A stretch of 64,000 nucleotides of DNA from Octopus sinensis (GCF_006345805.1 NC_043014.1:10106001-10170000); one strand, 5' to 3'. Shown: positions 1 through 13,785, counted from the first letter of the stretch. The notes: generated by a model from the sequence alone, not told the origin. A program made the numbers and translations.

Positions 1-84
1 GAAATATAAAAAAATTAAAAACTTTTAAAATTATAAAAATTACACGCAACCACTTTCTCACAAATCTACATAGTAATAATACAG

Positions 85-240
85 CCTGCTCATGAGACAC
101 GATCGTATTCAGTGAACCCAACAATCGAACTATTACCACTATTACCTGCAGTGTGACTACAGGTAACAGTGGTGACATCTTTTTCCTACCCAACATTGGT
201 AACGATATAAGCCGCCCCCTCTTTAGAAATAACATACCGC
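85..240 (+). mobile_element. Decayed coding relic, homologous to 4255-4385 in inverted orientation; possibly Penelope-like ORF N-terminus
   Basis: atcgtattcag..ccaac.atcgaa.tattacc and atcttt..ccaac.ttggtaacgatata..ccc..ctttg/aga..aacatacc align with the reverse complement of 4255-4385. In a 62-nt alignment, 8 of 12 differences fall at one codon position. Confidence 0.35.
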
Positions 241-469
241 CGATCCTATTTAAAGGAATTACTCGGAAAAAATACAAGACGAAGACAGAAGGGGTCCTTT
301 ATATGTACCAGTATGCAATTAAGAAGATTAGGGTTAATTGAGAAGTTTAACTGATGAATTTCAAAAAGGAGAACTGCCCGAAGCCTCATAGGGGGACCTG
401 TGAAGAGGAGTCAGTTAGACAACTTCACTACAGGAAAAATCGCACGCAGGGTGAGTTCTACTGAGATGT

Positions 470-589
470 CTCGACGACGGCTTCGGCGCCGCCGCGCTAC
501 CGGAAAAGCACTAATCGACGCGCTAGTTAGCAGGCCGGAGTCTCGTTCGTTATCGGAATCAACCAGACGGATCGCTCCACCAACTAAGA
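470..589 (-). rRNA. 18S rRNA fragment (dispersed pseudogenic piece; conserved core leading into the V7 region)
   Basis: Reverse complement reads tcttagttggtggagcgatccgtctggttgattccgataacgaacgagactccggcctgctaactag, matching the universal eukaryotic SSU motif TTCTTAGTTGGTGGAGCGATTTGTCTGGTTAATTCCGATAACGAACGAGAC. A GC-rich expansion-like stretch follows; its left boundary is approximate. Confidence 0.85.
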
Positions 590-993
590 GTTCTCTGTTT
601 GTTTTAGTAATATATCAATTTTTCCTGAATATAGATAGCGGTAGTAAAGAGCGTATGGAGACCACGTGCTTTGACATTTGGTGTCTAGATTGCGAATAAT
701 TAATTGTTACGAGAAAACAAATATGGAGAATGAAAATTTCGAAAGACGCAGATGTTGCTTGTTAAAGCAATAAGGTCATTGAGATAAGAGAAAGAGTTGT
801 AACAATATAGGAGCATTATGTACTACATTGCTAAAACTCTTCACCATGACTCTTTCAAAACTCAAGTGTCAATAAGTGATAGCGGCGTGGAAGTCACATT
901 TTAGCTATTCATGCACGAAGATTTCTTCATTACTTCGTGGCAAACATTTCGTCACGCTAATATCTATCTATGGGTATGTATACAGACACACAC

Positions 994-1050
<57 letters not shown>

Positions 1051-1081
1051 CATACACACACACACACATACATATATATTT

Positions 1082-1384
1082 GGAGGCGCAATGGCCCAGT
1101 GGTTAGGGCAGCGGACTCGCGGTCGTAGGATCGCGGTTTCGATTCCCTGACCGGGCGTTGTGTGTGTTTATTGAGCGAAAACACCTAACAGCTCCACGAG
1201 GCTCCGGCAGGGGTTGGTGATCCCTGCTGTACTCTTTCACCACTCTTTCTCTCACTCTTTCTTCTGTTGGCCTGCTCGCTTAGCCAGCGGGGTGGCGTCA
1301 TTCGAAGGCTAAAACAATGCGAACGCATTGTGACCAGCGACGTGTAGCAACATCTGATGGTCTGGTCGGTCACGTGATCACGTG

Positions 1385-1386
<2 letters not shown>
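1082..1386 (+). mobile_element. tRNA-derived SINE, head A with tail iii
   Basis: ggaggcgcaatggcccagtggttagggcagcggactcgcggtc...ggtttcgattccc (A box tggcccagtgg, B box ggtttcgattcc); tail ends ggtcacgtgatcacgtgat. Confidence 0.85.
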
Positions 1387-1460
<74 letters not shown>

Positions 1461-1679
1461 TGTGTGTGTGTGTGTGTTACAAAAAGGAAGTAAGAAGAAA
1501 GTAGGAAGAAAAATAAGCAAAATGCACATTGTAAATCAAAAAAGTAAAGGCATTTTTATGAAAAGTAACGAAATATATATGTATACAATTAGATGAACTG
1601 AGGTAGGAATAAAAGTAATAAAAGTCATTATTGTGAATTGCTAAATAAATTCAAAAACATACAAGCTTCGTAAACTTAC

Positions 1680-1734
1680 TGATCACTGCTTTGGATGCAC
1701 ACCGATTACCGAACGGTGTCGGGTATAACAGTCC
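1680..1734 (-). CDS. Candidate 55-nt internal exon (GLLYPTPFGNRCASKAVI)
   Basis: Minus strand: tctttttattttacttag|GGACTG...GTGATCA|gtaagt. Strong acceptor and donor, only phase 0 open, GC higher than flanks. No homology recognised. Confidence 0.25.
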
Positions 1735-1844
1735 CTAAGTAAAATAAAAAGATTATGTGTAAAGGAGATAAGTAAATCTGGATTTGGTACAATTAGGGTA
1801 GAATTTCGGGCCTTGTGCACCTAGAGTAGAAAAGAATATATCAG

Positions 1845-2045
1845 CCGCTGGCAAATGGCAGGATTATCAGCACGCCGAGCAAAATGTTTAGCGGCTTTTC
1901 ATCCGTCTTTACGTTCAAGTAACCCCGATATCGACTTTGACTTTCCTCTTTTTGGAGTCGATAAAAATAGGTACCAGTTGGACACTGGTGTCGAATGTAA
2001 TCGTCTTAACCCCTCCCCCGAATCTTCTGACCTTGTCCCAAATTT
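1845..2045 (+). mobile_element. Older SINE group C copy
   Basis: gctggcaaatggcaggattatcagcacgccgagcaaaatg...gactttgactttcctcttttggagtcgataaaaataggtaccagttg, a diverged version of the group C consensus. Confidence 0.7.
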
Positions 2046-2077
2046 TGAAACCAATATTGTTTTTATACACGTAAGGC

Positions 2078-2492
2078 GTTGAGAATCGTTAGCACGCCGG
2101 GCAAAATGCTTAGCGGTATTTCGTCTGCCGTTACGTTCTGAGTTCAAATTTCGCCGAGGTCGACTTTGCCTTTCATCCTTTCGGGGTCGATTAAATAAGT
2201 ACCAGTTACGCACTGCGGTCGATATAATCGACTTAATCCGTTTGTCTGTCCTTGTTTGTCCTCTCTGTGTTTAGCCCCTTGTGGGTAATAAAGAAATAGG
2301 TATTTCGTCTGCCGTTACGTTCTGAGTTCAAATTCCGCCGAGGTCGAATTTGCCTTTCATCCTTTCGGGGTCGATTAAATAAGTACCAGTTACGCACTGG
2401 GGTCGATGTAATCGACTTAATCCGTTTCTCTGTCCTTGTTTGTCCTCTCTGTGTTTGCCTCCTTGTGGGTTATAAAGAAATAGGTATTTCGA
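2078..2492 (+). mobile_element. Young SINE group C, multimeric (two 184-bp units plus the start of a third)
   Basis: gtatttcg unit starts at 2116, 2300 and 2484; units nearly identical; junction aaagaaata|ggtatttcg. Confidence 0.85.
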
Positions 2493-3148
2493 ACGTCTTT
2501 TCGCACTCAAGTTCTGAGTTCACATCCCGCCGTGGTCGACTTTGCCTCTCATCCTTTCGCGGTCGATAAAGGTAAGTACCATCTGAGCACTGGGCTCGAT
2601 GTAATCAACTTACCCCCTACAACGAAATTACGAGCCTTGTGCCGAAATTTGAAATCGCATTTTATGATGTCTCTAAAATTTCAGTTGTTAGATAATAGAA
2701 ATCAATGTACGTAGATTTATTTGAGGCCCTAAAAGCATAACCGTTTATATCCCTGAATATGTCCATAAATGATGCAATGTCAATTTAACACGAGAATCCT
2801 ATTTCCGTGCCAGGTTAAACTTGATGAGCATTCTACATGACATGTTAGGCAAGGTCACCGTGATATTTTACGCAACGCAGAAACGGATGGCATTGTTTAC
2901 AGCATGTTAACTACATGTCAAAAAAAGATACATGAGAAGGGAACAAGAACACGAAACAGGACGAAAGAAAAGAAAAGCAGAGGATGTGGTTAATATTTAA
3001 GTGAGGGTCACGAAAGTGTGAACAATAAAGGCAGAGTAATTCTGCACAGCGCAGTAGTAAAACGTGATAATTTAATATGAATAGAAAAAATACTGAAAGA
3101 TGGATACACGCATGTAAGTGTAGTATAATTGACACGTAACAGCATATT

Positions 3149-3216
<68 letters not shown>

Positions 3217-3713
3217 AGAGAGAGAAGGAGAGAAATAGAGAGAAAGAGATAGGTATAATAATACGGATAAATAAGATATCGCTTGAAATATATATATATA
3301 GACAAAGCATTCAGAAGATAAACACATATGTACAAGCATATAGATATCTACATAAGCTGACAAATAAATTTACTTTTACAGAGAGCATAAAATGTATTGG
3401 AAAATAAGAGGAGAGTGTGTAATACTTTTTTTACTTGACAGCTGTTTCTGGGAGCTTGCAGTTACGTGAGAGTCCTAATGTGTATAATTACCAGATTGAA
3501 TGTTCAAAAACCATGGATATGTTCAAAAAGCCAAAGAGTATATTGATGCCTCTAACTTTTGTAACCGGTATGCGAAATTATCGTAATCTATTGCATCGTG
3601 ACCCTCAGTTAAATATTAACCACGACCATAATTCTGGCTCCCTTGGTCAAGTGGGAAATTGGCAAATAACAGTTCATATTGTAGTGCGGTTTAAAGGTTG
3701 AATGGAAGAAGAA

Positions 3714-3715
<2 letters not shown>

Positions 3716-3794
<79 letters not shown>

Positions 3795-3826
3795 GAAGAA
3801 GAAGAAGAAGAAGAAGAAGAAGAAGA
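3716..3826 (+). repeat. (GAT)n(GAA)n compound microsatellite
   Basis: Direct sequence; source of the poly-D/E, poly-S and poly-H ORFs. Confidence 0.95.
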
Positions 3827-4199
3827 ACTGTACGTAATAGGGAAAAATGAAGGCTTACATGACAAGCCCACGTCAGAAAATCCATTGAGTAATGAGTGGT
3901 TGTGGTGAGGGATGATAGCTAGTGATTCCATTGAACATAATTTACCAAAATTGAGGTTAGTAGTGTAGGGCGAAACCTCGCAGACTATGGACTAGGATAT
4001 GGTATAGAGAATATTTTGAGACTTGACGTTGGTTAAATAGAGGAAATAGAGAGTGTACAGGCTCGATTTCAGAATGAATTCATGTGAGCCCGTTGGTGGT
4101 GCACGAAATCAACAGTGCCACCAATGGTGGGAACGTGGTGTTATTATGTGGCATTTATATACTATAATATAGCGCAAACTGAAGTTTCCAACGGACAAG

Positions 4200-4530
4200 T
4201 GCAGATTCCTTACTATGAATGGGTTTAGAGTTGATCGCTATTCCGGTCCGGTTCATATGGTATGTTGTCTCCAAAGAAGGGGCCGGGTATATCGTTACCA
4301 AGGTTGGATACGGAGAAGATTGCAGGTAATACTTCGATGGTTGGTATTTCTGAATACGATAAGGTTCTCATGGGCTGGCTATGAGGTGAGTTCGGGTGGG
4401 GTTGAGGAGGACAGATAATAGGGTCTATCGTAAGATGGTATCTCTTGCATCTATAGGAGGAAGCAAATATGGCTCCTAAGTTTGGTGAAATGGAATAGGG
4501 CATATTAAACGAAGTTTTATTAAAGAATGA
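4200..4530 (-). mobile_element. Decayed retroelement ORF relic, possibly Penelope-like N-terminus
   Basis: Frameshifted reading FTKLRSHICFL/YRCKRYHL resembles the 'HxxFLxRCK/R' N-terminal motif of Penelope-like ORFs; homologous to 85-240. Confidence 0.35.
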
Positions 4531-5027
4531 GTAATATCTATGTTGTGGTAGGAAACTAGATTTTAGGATTTTAAAGTAAATGATTTAACCCGAAGATATA
4601 ACTGGTATTAACATTGTATGTATATCTTTTACCTTATGCCTTTTACTTGTTTCAGTCATTTGACTGCGGCCATGCAAGAACACCGCCTTGACGGTTTTCA
4701 GTCGAAAAAACGACACCAAGACATGTTTTTAAAACCTAGTAGTTATTCTGTCGGGTATCTTTTGCCGAACCGCTATGTTACGAGGATGTAAAGGAACCAG
4801 CACCGGTGGGGATGGGAGATAAACACAAATAAACACACACACACACACACATGAGATCAATGTTTTAGTTTTGTATGTTGTTTTGTATGTTTGTGTATGT
4901 TTTTTTTAAATTTTGTATGTTGTTTTCTATGTTGTAGTGTGTTTCTGTTTTGTATGTTGTCGCCGCCTTGTGCATTATTAATATTACTACCATCATCGTC
5001 ATCATCATCATCATCATCATCATCAAA

Positions 5028-5089
<62 letters not shown>

Positions 5090-5842
5090 AACATTTTAAT
5101 ATTGTAATAATATTCTGTTTGTTTTTCCTTACATAACTGGAAAACCAACATATTAACTCAAAACCACATTTTGTATAATTTCTTCCTAAATATATGTCGG
5201 ATGATATTAATTTCAGATTAACAGAAGTTAATTGATGCTTAAATTATAATAATGTTTTAATAGCCGTCTGCTGCCGTAACACTGCTTTAAATATAGATTA
5301 AGGTTTAACATCAACAAATGCTTATACTATATAACGAAATCGCTCTTTGATATCTCAAACAAATTTTTGAAATATATGAAAATGAGTAATATTAATAAAA
5401 CCAGTGTTAAAGGAACTTAGAAGAGGAAAATCGAAGAGGAAAATTGCATTAATGCTATGCAAACGAAAAAACATAAAACAGGGATCATTGAACTTCTTTT
5501 TAAGATGAAATTTTCTTCACGATGGCTGACGTAATCTTTGTCGCTGTAATGTCTCGGGTCAGAATAATTTGAAAATATAATTAGTGTCTATTTATTTTTG
5601 AAAATTAATAAGTCTAAACTGTATATTTTTTCATATTTTATTTTCTTGCCATTTTACATCAACCATTACATCAATCATTCACGTGCTTTGTAAAAATTAA
5701 TTATATGTGTTTCGTAATTACTTCAGATTTGTTCAAGTAGGGGGAAATAAAAGGGTAGACACTCGCCAACACAAATATTAAAAAAATACTTGTAAAAGGA
5801 ATGAATATTCATTTCGATCTTCTATAAAGTAATTTAATTAAA

Positions 5843-5879
<37 letters not shown>

Positions 5880-5881
<2 letters not shown>

Positions 5882-6436
5882 GAGTGAGAGAGCAGTTCAT
5901 GCCATCAAAGTGACACTGGGGTAAAATATACGAAGCCCAATATACCCATCATGACTACCCGTCTGATAAGGGTATACCAGGCACATGCATCACAACCATA
6001 TGTGCGCGACATGGTGATCTCATATCAAGATAAACAGCACATGACCTTGCAGGTGGGGCCCAGTTAGAATTTTCTTCAGGTTGAGTAGCCTATCCCGCTC
6101 AAACGGTCCCTGAATAAGGGTTGTTTAAGGATGTTGAAAGAACCACCCATGTTTCCAGAGGTGAACTATTCAAACCCCAAAGAATCCCTCTCAACACATG
6201 GCTATGATGCTCCCCCACTACTTCTGCTCGTGATCAGAGATGCACATATCGTCAGCCACTAAGGGACATGCTCAACTGGTTAAGGTCAAACAACTGACAA
6301 GCAAATCTGTGGTATTGAACAGAATATTTGCTGTAGCCCATCTTTTATACCAAGACAAAACAATGTACATGATAACACTTCCAATCAGTTATGATCAGAA
6401 GCCATGAGAGCCACTGCCTGGTACTGCATCAGGGCA
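5880..6436 (-). mobile_element. ~555-bp non-coding retroposon embedded in (TTA)n on both sides
   Basis: Flanked by TTA arrays; a second, truncated copy at 21800-22193 has the same ttgagtgagagagcag end. Strand inferred from the shared end next to (TAA)n. Confidence 0.75.
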
Positions 6437-6438
6437 TC

Positions 6439-6478
<40 letters not shown>

Positions 6479-6567
6479 TATTATTATTACCATTATTTTT
6501 ATTATTACTATTATTATTATTATTATTATTATTCTTATTATTATTATTATTATTATTATTATTCTTC

Positions 6568-6610
<43 letters not shown>

Positions 6611-6867
6611 AGCTGCGAGCTGGCAGACTGTTTAGAACGCCGGACAAATTGCTTAGTGGAATTTGGTCCGGCTTTACGTTCTGAGTTTTGTATTCTGCCG
6701 AGTTCGATTTTGATTTCATCTTCTCAATGTCGATAAAATAAATACTATTTGATATTTGGTGTCGATATAATCGACTTAGCTAGTTCCCCGAATTTGCTGG
6801 CCTTGTGCGAAAATTCGAAAGCACTCTTTTTCTTCTCATCCTTCTTATTATTCATTCTTCTTCTTTC

Positions 6868-7150
6868 ACTTCCCAATGGACCATTCTTGCCACATTATCA
6901 TGTCTTTTATATTCACGTTGTGCCAATATTGAGAACTCACGATGTACCATACTCTTTCACACCTCTCACATCACATTCTGCATTTATTGCTGTCGGTAGT
7001 GTTGTCCATTCTGCACTTCACGTAGTTGGTCCTTATTGCTTGATCTTGACCTGCGCATTCTCTATCTTCAGGTCACTCCTCCTCATCCATATCCACCGGT
7101 CATCTGTACCAGTCTACGCGTTCACATCTCTTGCAATCTCACCGTACATT
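6868..7150 (-). mobile_element. R4/Dong-clade non-LTR retrotransposon fragment (CCHC region)
   Basis: Frameshifted translation MYGEIARDV..RWIWMRRSDLKIE..QDQAIRTNYVKCRMDNTTDSNKCRM*CERCE..LAQREYKRHDNVARMVHWE. Confidence 0.8.
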
Positions 7151-8595
7151 TTTTCCTTCCAAGCTTTTTCTTTGTTTGCGTTCATTTCTTGTTCTGAGTT
7201 CAAATTCCGACGAGGCCAACATTGCCTTTCATCCTTTTGGGGTCGATACATTAAGTACTAGTGGCTATACGGCCCTATGTAATTAACTAGTCCTCTCCCA
7301 TAAAATTTCAGTTTTGTGCCTTTAGTTCATGGTTGGTAAAACCTCTTAGTGCGGCGGGCAAACATTTCCAAAGAAAAAGGTCCGCGGGCAGATCACAAGT
7401 TCTGGCTCTTGCCTTAGTGTATATATCTATGTATAATTCGACATACGATAAGTTTAACGCATGAAGTAACATCTTGATTTTTGCCGCCACTGAATTTTGG
7501 ACGTTCATATTACTTATGAGTCATTCTATATTTTTCAGAACCTACCTATCCTAATGTTGGAGAAATCATAGCAGTCAAACACAGACCGAATTTAATTTTG
7601 AAAAATTACATTAATACCTAAATAGTATTATGCGTAAATGGCAAATTTATCCTAGTGATAATTTTATCAAATCTAATTAACTTTAATTTTAAGATTTGAC
7701 TTTGTTTACTGAGAAACATGAAACTACCTTTTCTTTGTTTTAAATGCAAGTTTAGGAATATCACGTCATTGAACAAACTGCTATCTTTTATCGCAGGTTT
7801 ACGTTCGTAAGTCTGGTACGAAGACGATTTTTTCTATAATTCAATTCGGAAAACTGTTCACATTGATAAGTTGTCGAAAATTGATATACAAATTTCATAG
7901 CATTTTTAGTAAAGCAAAGAATTTCTCAGGATTGATGTGTTTGTAGAAGTCAAATAAATACAGATTACTATATTTCGATTTAATTAAGTTATCCTACTTC
8001 AAATCAATTAATTCTAATTGTAAGGAACCGGGAGCTTCTCAGGACACATCAAAAGGTGTTTCAAAAACATGTTGTTCGATTTAGTCTTGTTATTCTTCAA
8101 ATCTACTTTCAAATTTTTTCAAAAGACTTTCACACTTGTCAGAATATTCCTTTGCTGATTCGATATTCTTGTACGCTGAATTTCGGGAAATGTGTGAAGC
8201 ACTTTCTTTTCTATTGTGTGACAAATAAATGAGGCTTCAAATCAAAGCTTTTGGTCTGAGAAAGCAAACTGGTTATTAGCTCATTCTTAAATATTTTTGC
8301 TTATCGATTGACTGAAAAAGAGTGCGCGTCGATTTCGGAGATTTTTTTTCCCTAAAAACGTGAAAAATAGAATAGAGATGAAAATTTATATACTTAAGAT
8401 TCTTGGATATGAATACTTTTTACACTGTATCTTCTACAAACCTTCAGCTTTCGTTTCATGATGAAATAATTTCGATACATGTAATATATATTTAGTTATC
8501 TCAGCTAAAGTGTAGATGAGTCTGAAGGCGGTTGTACAAACCGAGCAATATGTATTTTAATGGCAATTACCGGAGCATTTCTGTTCGAGTCTTAC

Positions 8596-8637
8596 CATTT
8601 TAATTCGTAGTGGAATTCTGCCCAATGTCGCAAATAG
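8596..8637 (-). CDS. Candidate 42-nt exon (LFATLGRIPLRIKM) or ATG-terminated first exon
   Basis: Minus strand: atactcgtgtag|CTATTT...AAAATG|gtaaga; phase 0-0 open. Confidence 0.15.
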
Positions 8638-8782
8638 CTACACGAGTATTGTATAAATGTTATAATTGAAAAATTTACTTTATTTCGTACATAACTGTAT
8701 ATCACCCTGCAGGCGCAATAAAATGAGCACGCGGCTGCAATTGCACTCGGGGGCGGGGTTTCCCCATCCTTGCTTTGGTAGA

Positions 8783-8825
<43 letters not shown>

Positions 8826-9021
8826 ATTATTATTATTATTATTTTCCTTCTTACTTCAAATTTTCTTCCGTTTCTCGCCGAGTGTTTTCCGTACACTTAG
8901 GGCAGAGAAGCTCTTTGCATGCATTCCCAGATTACACACGCAAATTCAGAGTTAAAATATGTATTTAAAAAATTAATAAATAAATTCATGAATATCATTA
9001 TTATTATTATTATTAACATTA

Positions 9022-9070
<49 letters not shown>

Positions 9071-10624
9071 CATTATTATCATTATTATAATTATTATTAT
9101 TATTATTATTGTTGTTGTTGTTGTTGTGGTTGTTGTTGTTATCATTATTATTATCTTCCTTTCTATTGACTGAGAACATCATGTTCCAAAAAACTCTAGA
9201 AAAATATCTTCTCTTTTTATCTTAAGGTTTTTTTCCTGATCTTTTAACTGTAAATGATATGAAAGTCCACTACACCGCTTGAATTAGAGGGGGCACTGTT
9301 TTCTAAGCACCCCACATAATTTTTCAGAAATAAGTATTTGTGATACACGAATTTTAAAATAACCATCTCAGAACTATCAAGAAGAAATGCTTACAAATAT
9401 CAGGATATCCTTAACATAAGAATACATTGTGCAGAGTTATATTGAAATGGAAAGTGCACCAAAAATTAAATACTTATAGACAGAAGGCATGAAAATGAAT
9501 TGAGTTAGAAGATTTATGTTGAAACTGGAAGCATTGCTGAAAATCCTTAATTACACAACCACCAACAGTAATAGCAGCAAAAAAATACCAAAATCTGTGA
9601 TTGTTTTACAATCTCAGTCAAATAAGGGGTTTCGACGTGGAGAACAAGCTCAAAGAAACGAAAAAAACACAAACCATGTACAGTCGCCCTTCGTTTTCTG
9701 AATTTGGTGAAAGACATGGCTGATTTGTAGAAGGCTGTGTGTTTAGCCCATGTGAATTTCAATGAATTGAAACCTTACTTACTTTACTTAACATGAGCTC
9801 AGGGGAGATACAGGGTCAAAATATTGTTACGTTACTTAATTCATTATCAATTTCTTCTACACCGCCGGCTCATCTTCTGGATTACTTTCTAGCTCCATAC
9901 ATCGCTCACTCTGAATTTTTCTGCTTTTCTTTCCATTTCTTCCTTCGTTATATCTTTCGATTCTCTCCCGTCTTTTCAAACAAACATTTTTGATGATTTT
10001 GAAACGTCCAGATTTGCTGAATTTAGTCTAATTCATACACTACTTGTTTTAGCGTCCTTTGCTTTCAATCTTTGCATCAATTCAATTACAACATTTGTTC
10101 AAATTTTCTATATCATTGACATATTTTTCACTGAACCTTCGTTAAATACTTATTCATTACTTACCTACTGTCTCAACCTTCTGACGCTCTTTCCATCCGT
10201 CTTATTTCACTAAAGAATATATCAGATTATAGCTAACATATTTTGCTACTATTTATGCTAAAGCCTCCTATGGTTTATTTACTACTAGGAGAGAAATAAG
10301 TATCACATATCCTACAACATTATCACTTCCTATTAATTTACTTTTGTTGTCTTTCTCTCATACCCTCTAAGTTTAACAGTCTCTTTATTTTCTTTCAAGA
10401 CACCCTAGTGGTAATAACAGTGATTTCTTATTCAGACATTTATCAGTATTTGTGTTGTAATGTATGTAACAAGTTAACTCTTGTTAGCGCAATATCTGAA
10501 GCCTAATTTGAAATGTTTCTTTTAGTTTATGACATCTGTTCTGAGCATTATTATATTTAACAACTGCTATAAATGTTCCAAGCGGATTAGCTACACGGAA
10601 GCAAGAATTATCAGAGTAATAATA

Positions 10625-11193
10625 TTGGGTTGTCCAGAAAGTTCATGCCGGTTTATAGTAGCTTACCTTTCGATTTATTTTAGAACATGGTTGAGTCCAT
10701 AGATAGGATTTGACTGCACCTCCATTTAGAGCACAGTTTAAGCTATCTTTTCATGGAAGAAGTTTTATGTTCCTAAAACCTGTTTTGATTTTGTACTCCT
10801 TTAAAATGGAAGGTAAGAAGGTTCATTTTCGGCACTTGATGCTTTGGGGACCAGACAAAAATTGCTGCAGCTCGGCTGGGATGTTTTACTCCACCTTCCA
10901 TATTCACCAGATATTGCTCCTTCGGATTTCCACTTATTCAGGTCTCTGCAGAATAGTCTTCATGGTAAAAATTTCAATTCCTTGGATGACGTAAAAAAGA
11001 TACATTGATGAATTATTTGCCATGAAACCACCTCCATACTGGGAAGAGTGTATTTTCAAGTTAAAGGAAAGATGGAGACGCATTGTGCAGCAAAATGGTT
11101 CATGTTTGGTTGATTAAAAAGTTTAAATATGCAAGTATTTATTGACCTTTTCCTTTCCTTTAAAAATCGTCACGAACTTTCCGGACAACCCAA
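10625..11193 (+). mobile_element. Internally deleted mariner transposon
   Basis: TIRs ttgggttgtccagaaagttc / gaactttccggacaacccaa with TA on both sides; relic peptides MEGKKVHFRHLMLW and LGWDVLLHLPYSPDIAPSDFHLFRSLQNSLHGK. Confidence 0.9.
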
Positions 11194-11745
11194 TACTTAC
11201 ACGTCTATAAAATGCTGCAATAAGTTCATTAATTCAATTTCCCTTGTCTTTCCGACCATCTTAACATATTTCACCAATCTGGAATCCAGCTATTTATTCA
11301 CTGGAATAAATTAACACTTTCTCTCTATCAGTATAATTTTCATTTACATGACCTGCAACCCTCTGGATTTCCCACTGACTGTTTAGTTAATAGGTTCATT
11401 AGATAGCCGCAATGCTTTATAGAGCGAGTTTATCCTACCAGCTGCTGGTATTCTGTCTTGCAAAAGCTTTGCTTCGTTCGACATTGTTAAAATTCTTTGA
11501 CCATAACTTCTGCCTATTCAATTTCTTTGCTCAGTTGGCATTAATTAGTTTCTTTCGTGTTTCTAATTAAGATTCTATACATATGCACGGGTATCGTATT
11601 TACTTTTACCTAAAATAGGGGACTGATCTTTTGTAATAGGATGAAGACAGACAAGAGTCTGTCCTTGCAAGAGCTGTCTCCGGCCAGTGACAGATTAATA
11701 TTTACAGCCTCCATTTTCTAGATTTAGAAATATTGGTAAACTTAC

Positions 11746-11821
11746 AGCTTGATATTTCCATTCACACTGAGGCATTATTTCGAATGTATCTCTACCGTAG
11801 GTGATTTTATCAACACGACAT
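11746..11821 (-). CDS. Candidate 76-nt exon (CRVDKITYGRDTFEIMPQCEWKYQA)
   Basis: Minus strand: long pyrimidine tract ending ttctctttgag| (rare GAG acceptor), donor GCT|gtaagt; single open frame ending in phase 0. Confidence 0.2.
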
Positions 11822-13668
11822 CTCAAAGAGAATGGAAAGTTAAGGCAAAAAGAGAGCGCTCCTTCGGATGTGTCCGACTTAACTCCGGCCGCCAACTCGT
11901 CATATTGTGATCCCGGCGAAAGTTTTAAGGAGGCACCAGTACCGGTATTTTTATTCAGACACCATCGCTAACATGGAACCCAGCTGAAACTAACCAAACC
12001 GTCACACCCACAATCGTTTGCACACCGGCCAAAATACATTGCGGCATTTCGTCCGTCTTTACGTTCCGAGTTCAAATCCCGCCGTGGTTGACTTTGCCAT
12101 TCCATCCTCTCAGATTTCATAAGAGAAATACCAGTTGAGTATTGGAGCCGAATTAATCGACAAAGTTTGAAATTCAATATTTTGTTGTTCTTTTTTAATT
12201 TTTATTAGACATAAGGAGATACGCTGGCAGAATTATTAGCACGCCGGACAAAATGCCTAGCGACATTTCACTCGTCTTTACGTTCAAAGTCCTCCGAGGT
12301 CAAATTTGCTTTCATCCTTTCGCGATCGATAAAATAAGTACCAGTAGAGCATCAGCGCTGATGTAATAATTTTTATACCCTTCTCAAAAATTGCTCGCCT
12401 TGTGCCGAAATTTGAAACCAATATGTTTAGTAAACATATATTTCGCCTCGCCGTACAAATACAAAATGTAATTTAAAAATTGTATTTTCTAGGGAATGAG
12501 CACAGAACAATTTAACCAGCTTTTCTTTCGTTATTACAGCTTATGAAAGTCATCTACTTTCAGCTGCTTTACAGATTTACAGAAAGATAAAGAAATTGAC
12601 AATTACTAACGATCCTTTGAAAAAGTATGAAGTGACATGGTTTGATAGTACATTTCCTGGAAGCGAATTGTACTCTCAAAATGTGAATGTGTATGTGTGC
12701 GTGTGTATGTTTGCGTGGATGCGCGCGCGTGCGAAAGAGAGAGAGACAGACAGACAGACAAACAGATAGTATGCATATGTTGCGGAATGAACTGTTAATA
12801 ATTTTGAACATGAGAATTTAATAAGTTAGGTTACCATCGCAATGTATGTAAATCATGTAGTTTAGGTGCAAACAGTGTTTACTCACACAAATATGACACA
12901 CACTCATACACATCTACGTAAGCATTACAAATACACAATCGTAAATAAATGCATGCACACATAGAGTCATATATATTTTCATTGAGTGTCTATATATATA
13001 TGTTTCAGATGAATATGGTGCTTAATTTGAGACACCAGAATTTAGTACGGTATTATCCATAGAATTTCAAAATAAGGTGATTAAAATCAAAATAACCAAC
13101 AAGGATATCCAGAGGTAATGCAGTACGATCGTTTCAACCAACTCCATTTAATTGAAAAATGTAATCATTACATCAATTTAAATGCAGAGCAATCCTCAGA
13201 AGCATAAAGACATAAAATTTAATTAAACTAAAACAGATGGACACATTAGTAGAATTCTACCTAAAATCTCCAAGAAGGTAAGAGGAGGGACACAAAAACA
13301 TGCCGTTGTCACTTCAGCTAAATAACTTCTATCCTTTCAGGTTCAATAAATTAAGTATCAGTGAAACACCGAAGATGATGTAATCGACTCGCCCCCGTCC
13401 AAAGATGGGTGCCATGGTGGTAAAATTAGAAATCAATTTAGGTTCGGTATTCATAGGTTTACTAAATCAGCCCATTGATCGGTTGAAAAACGACCTAAAC
13501 AGTTAATGCTACTTATATCAAATCATTTCTGGTTATAACAAAGCAGTTTACGACGGGTTTCTAGCATTTTCCGTCTACCAAATACAATCACATGGCTTTG
13601 GTCGGGCCGAAACTATAGTAGAGGCTACCCATGTTGGGAAGCAAGCTTCTTACCACACCGCCACGATG

Positions 13669-13785
<117 letters not shown>

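Noticed and set aside
1082-1150. Functional tRNA genes at SINE heads
   Set aside because: A and B boxes are present, but the heads continue into SINE bodies with TSDs and show no intact acceptor stem.
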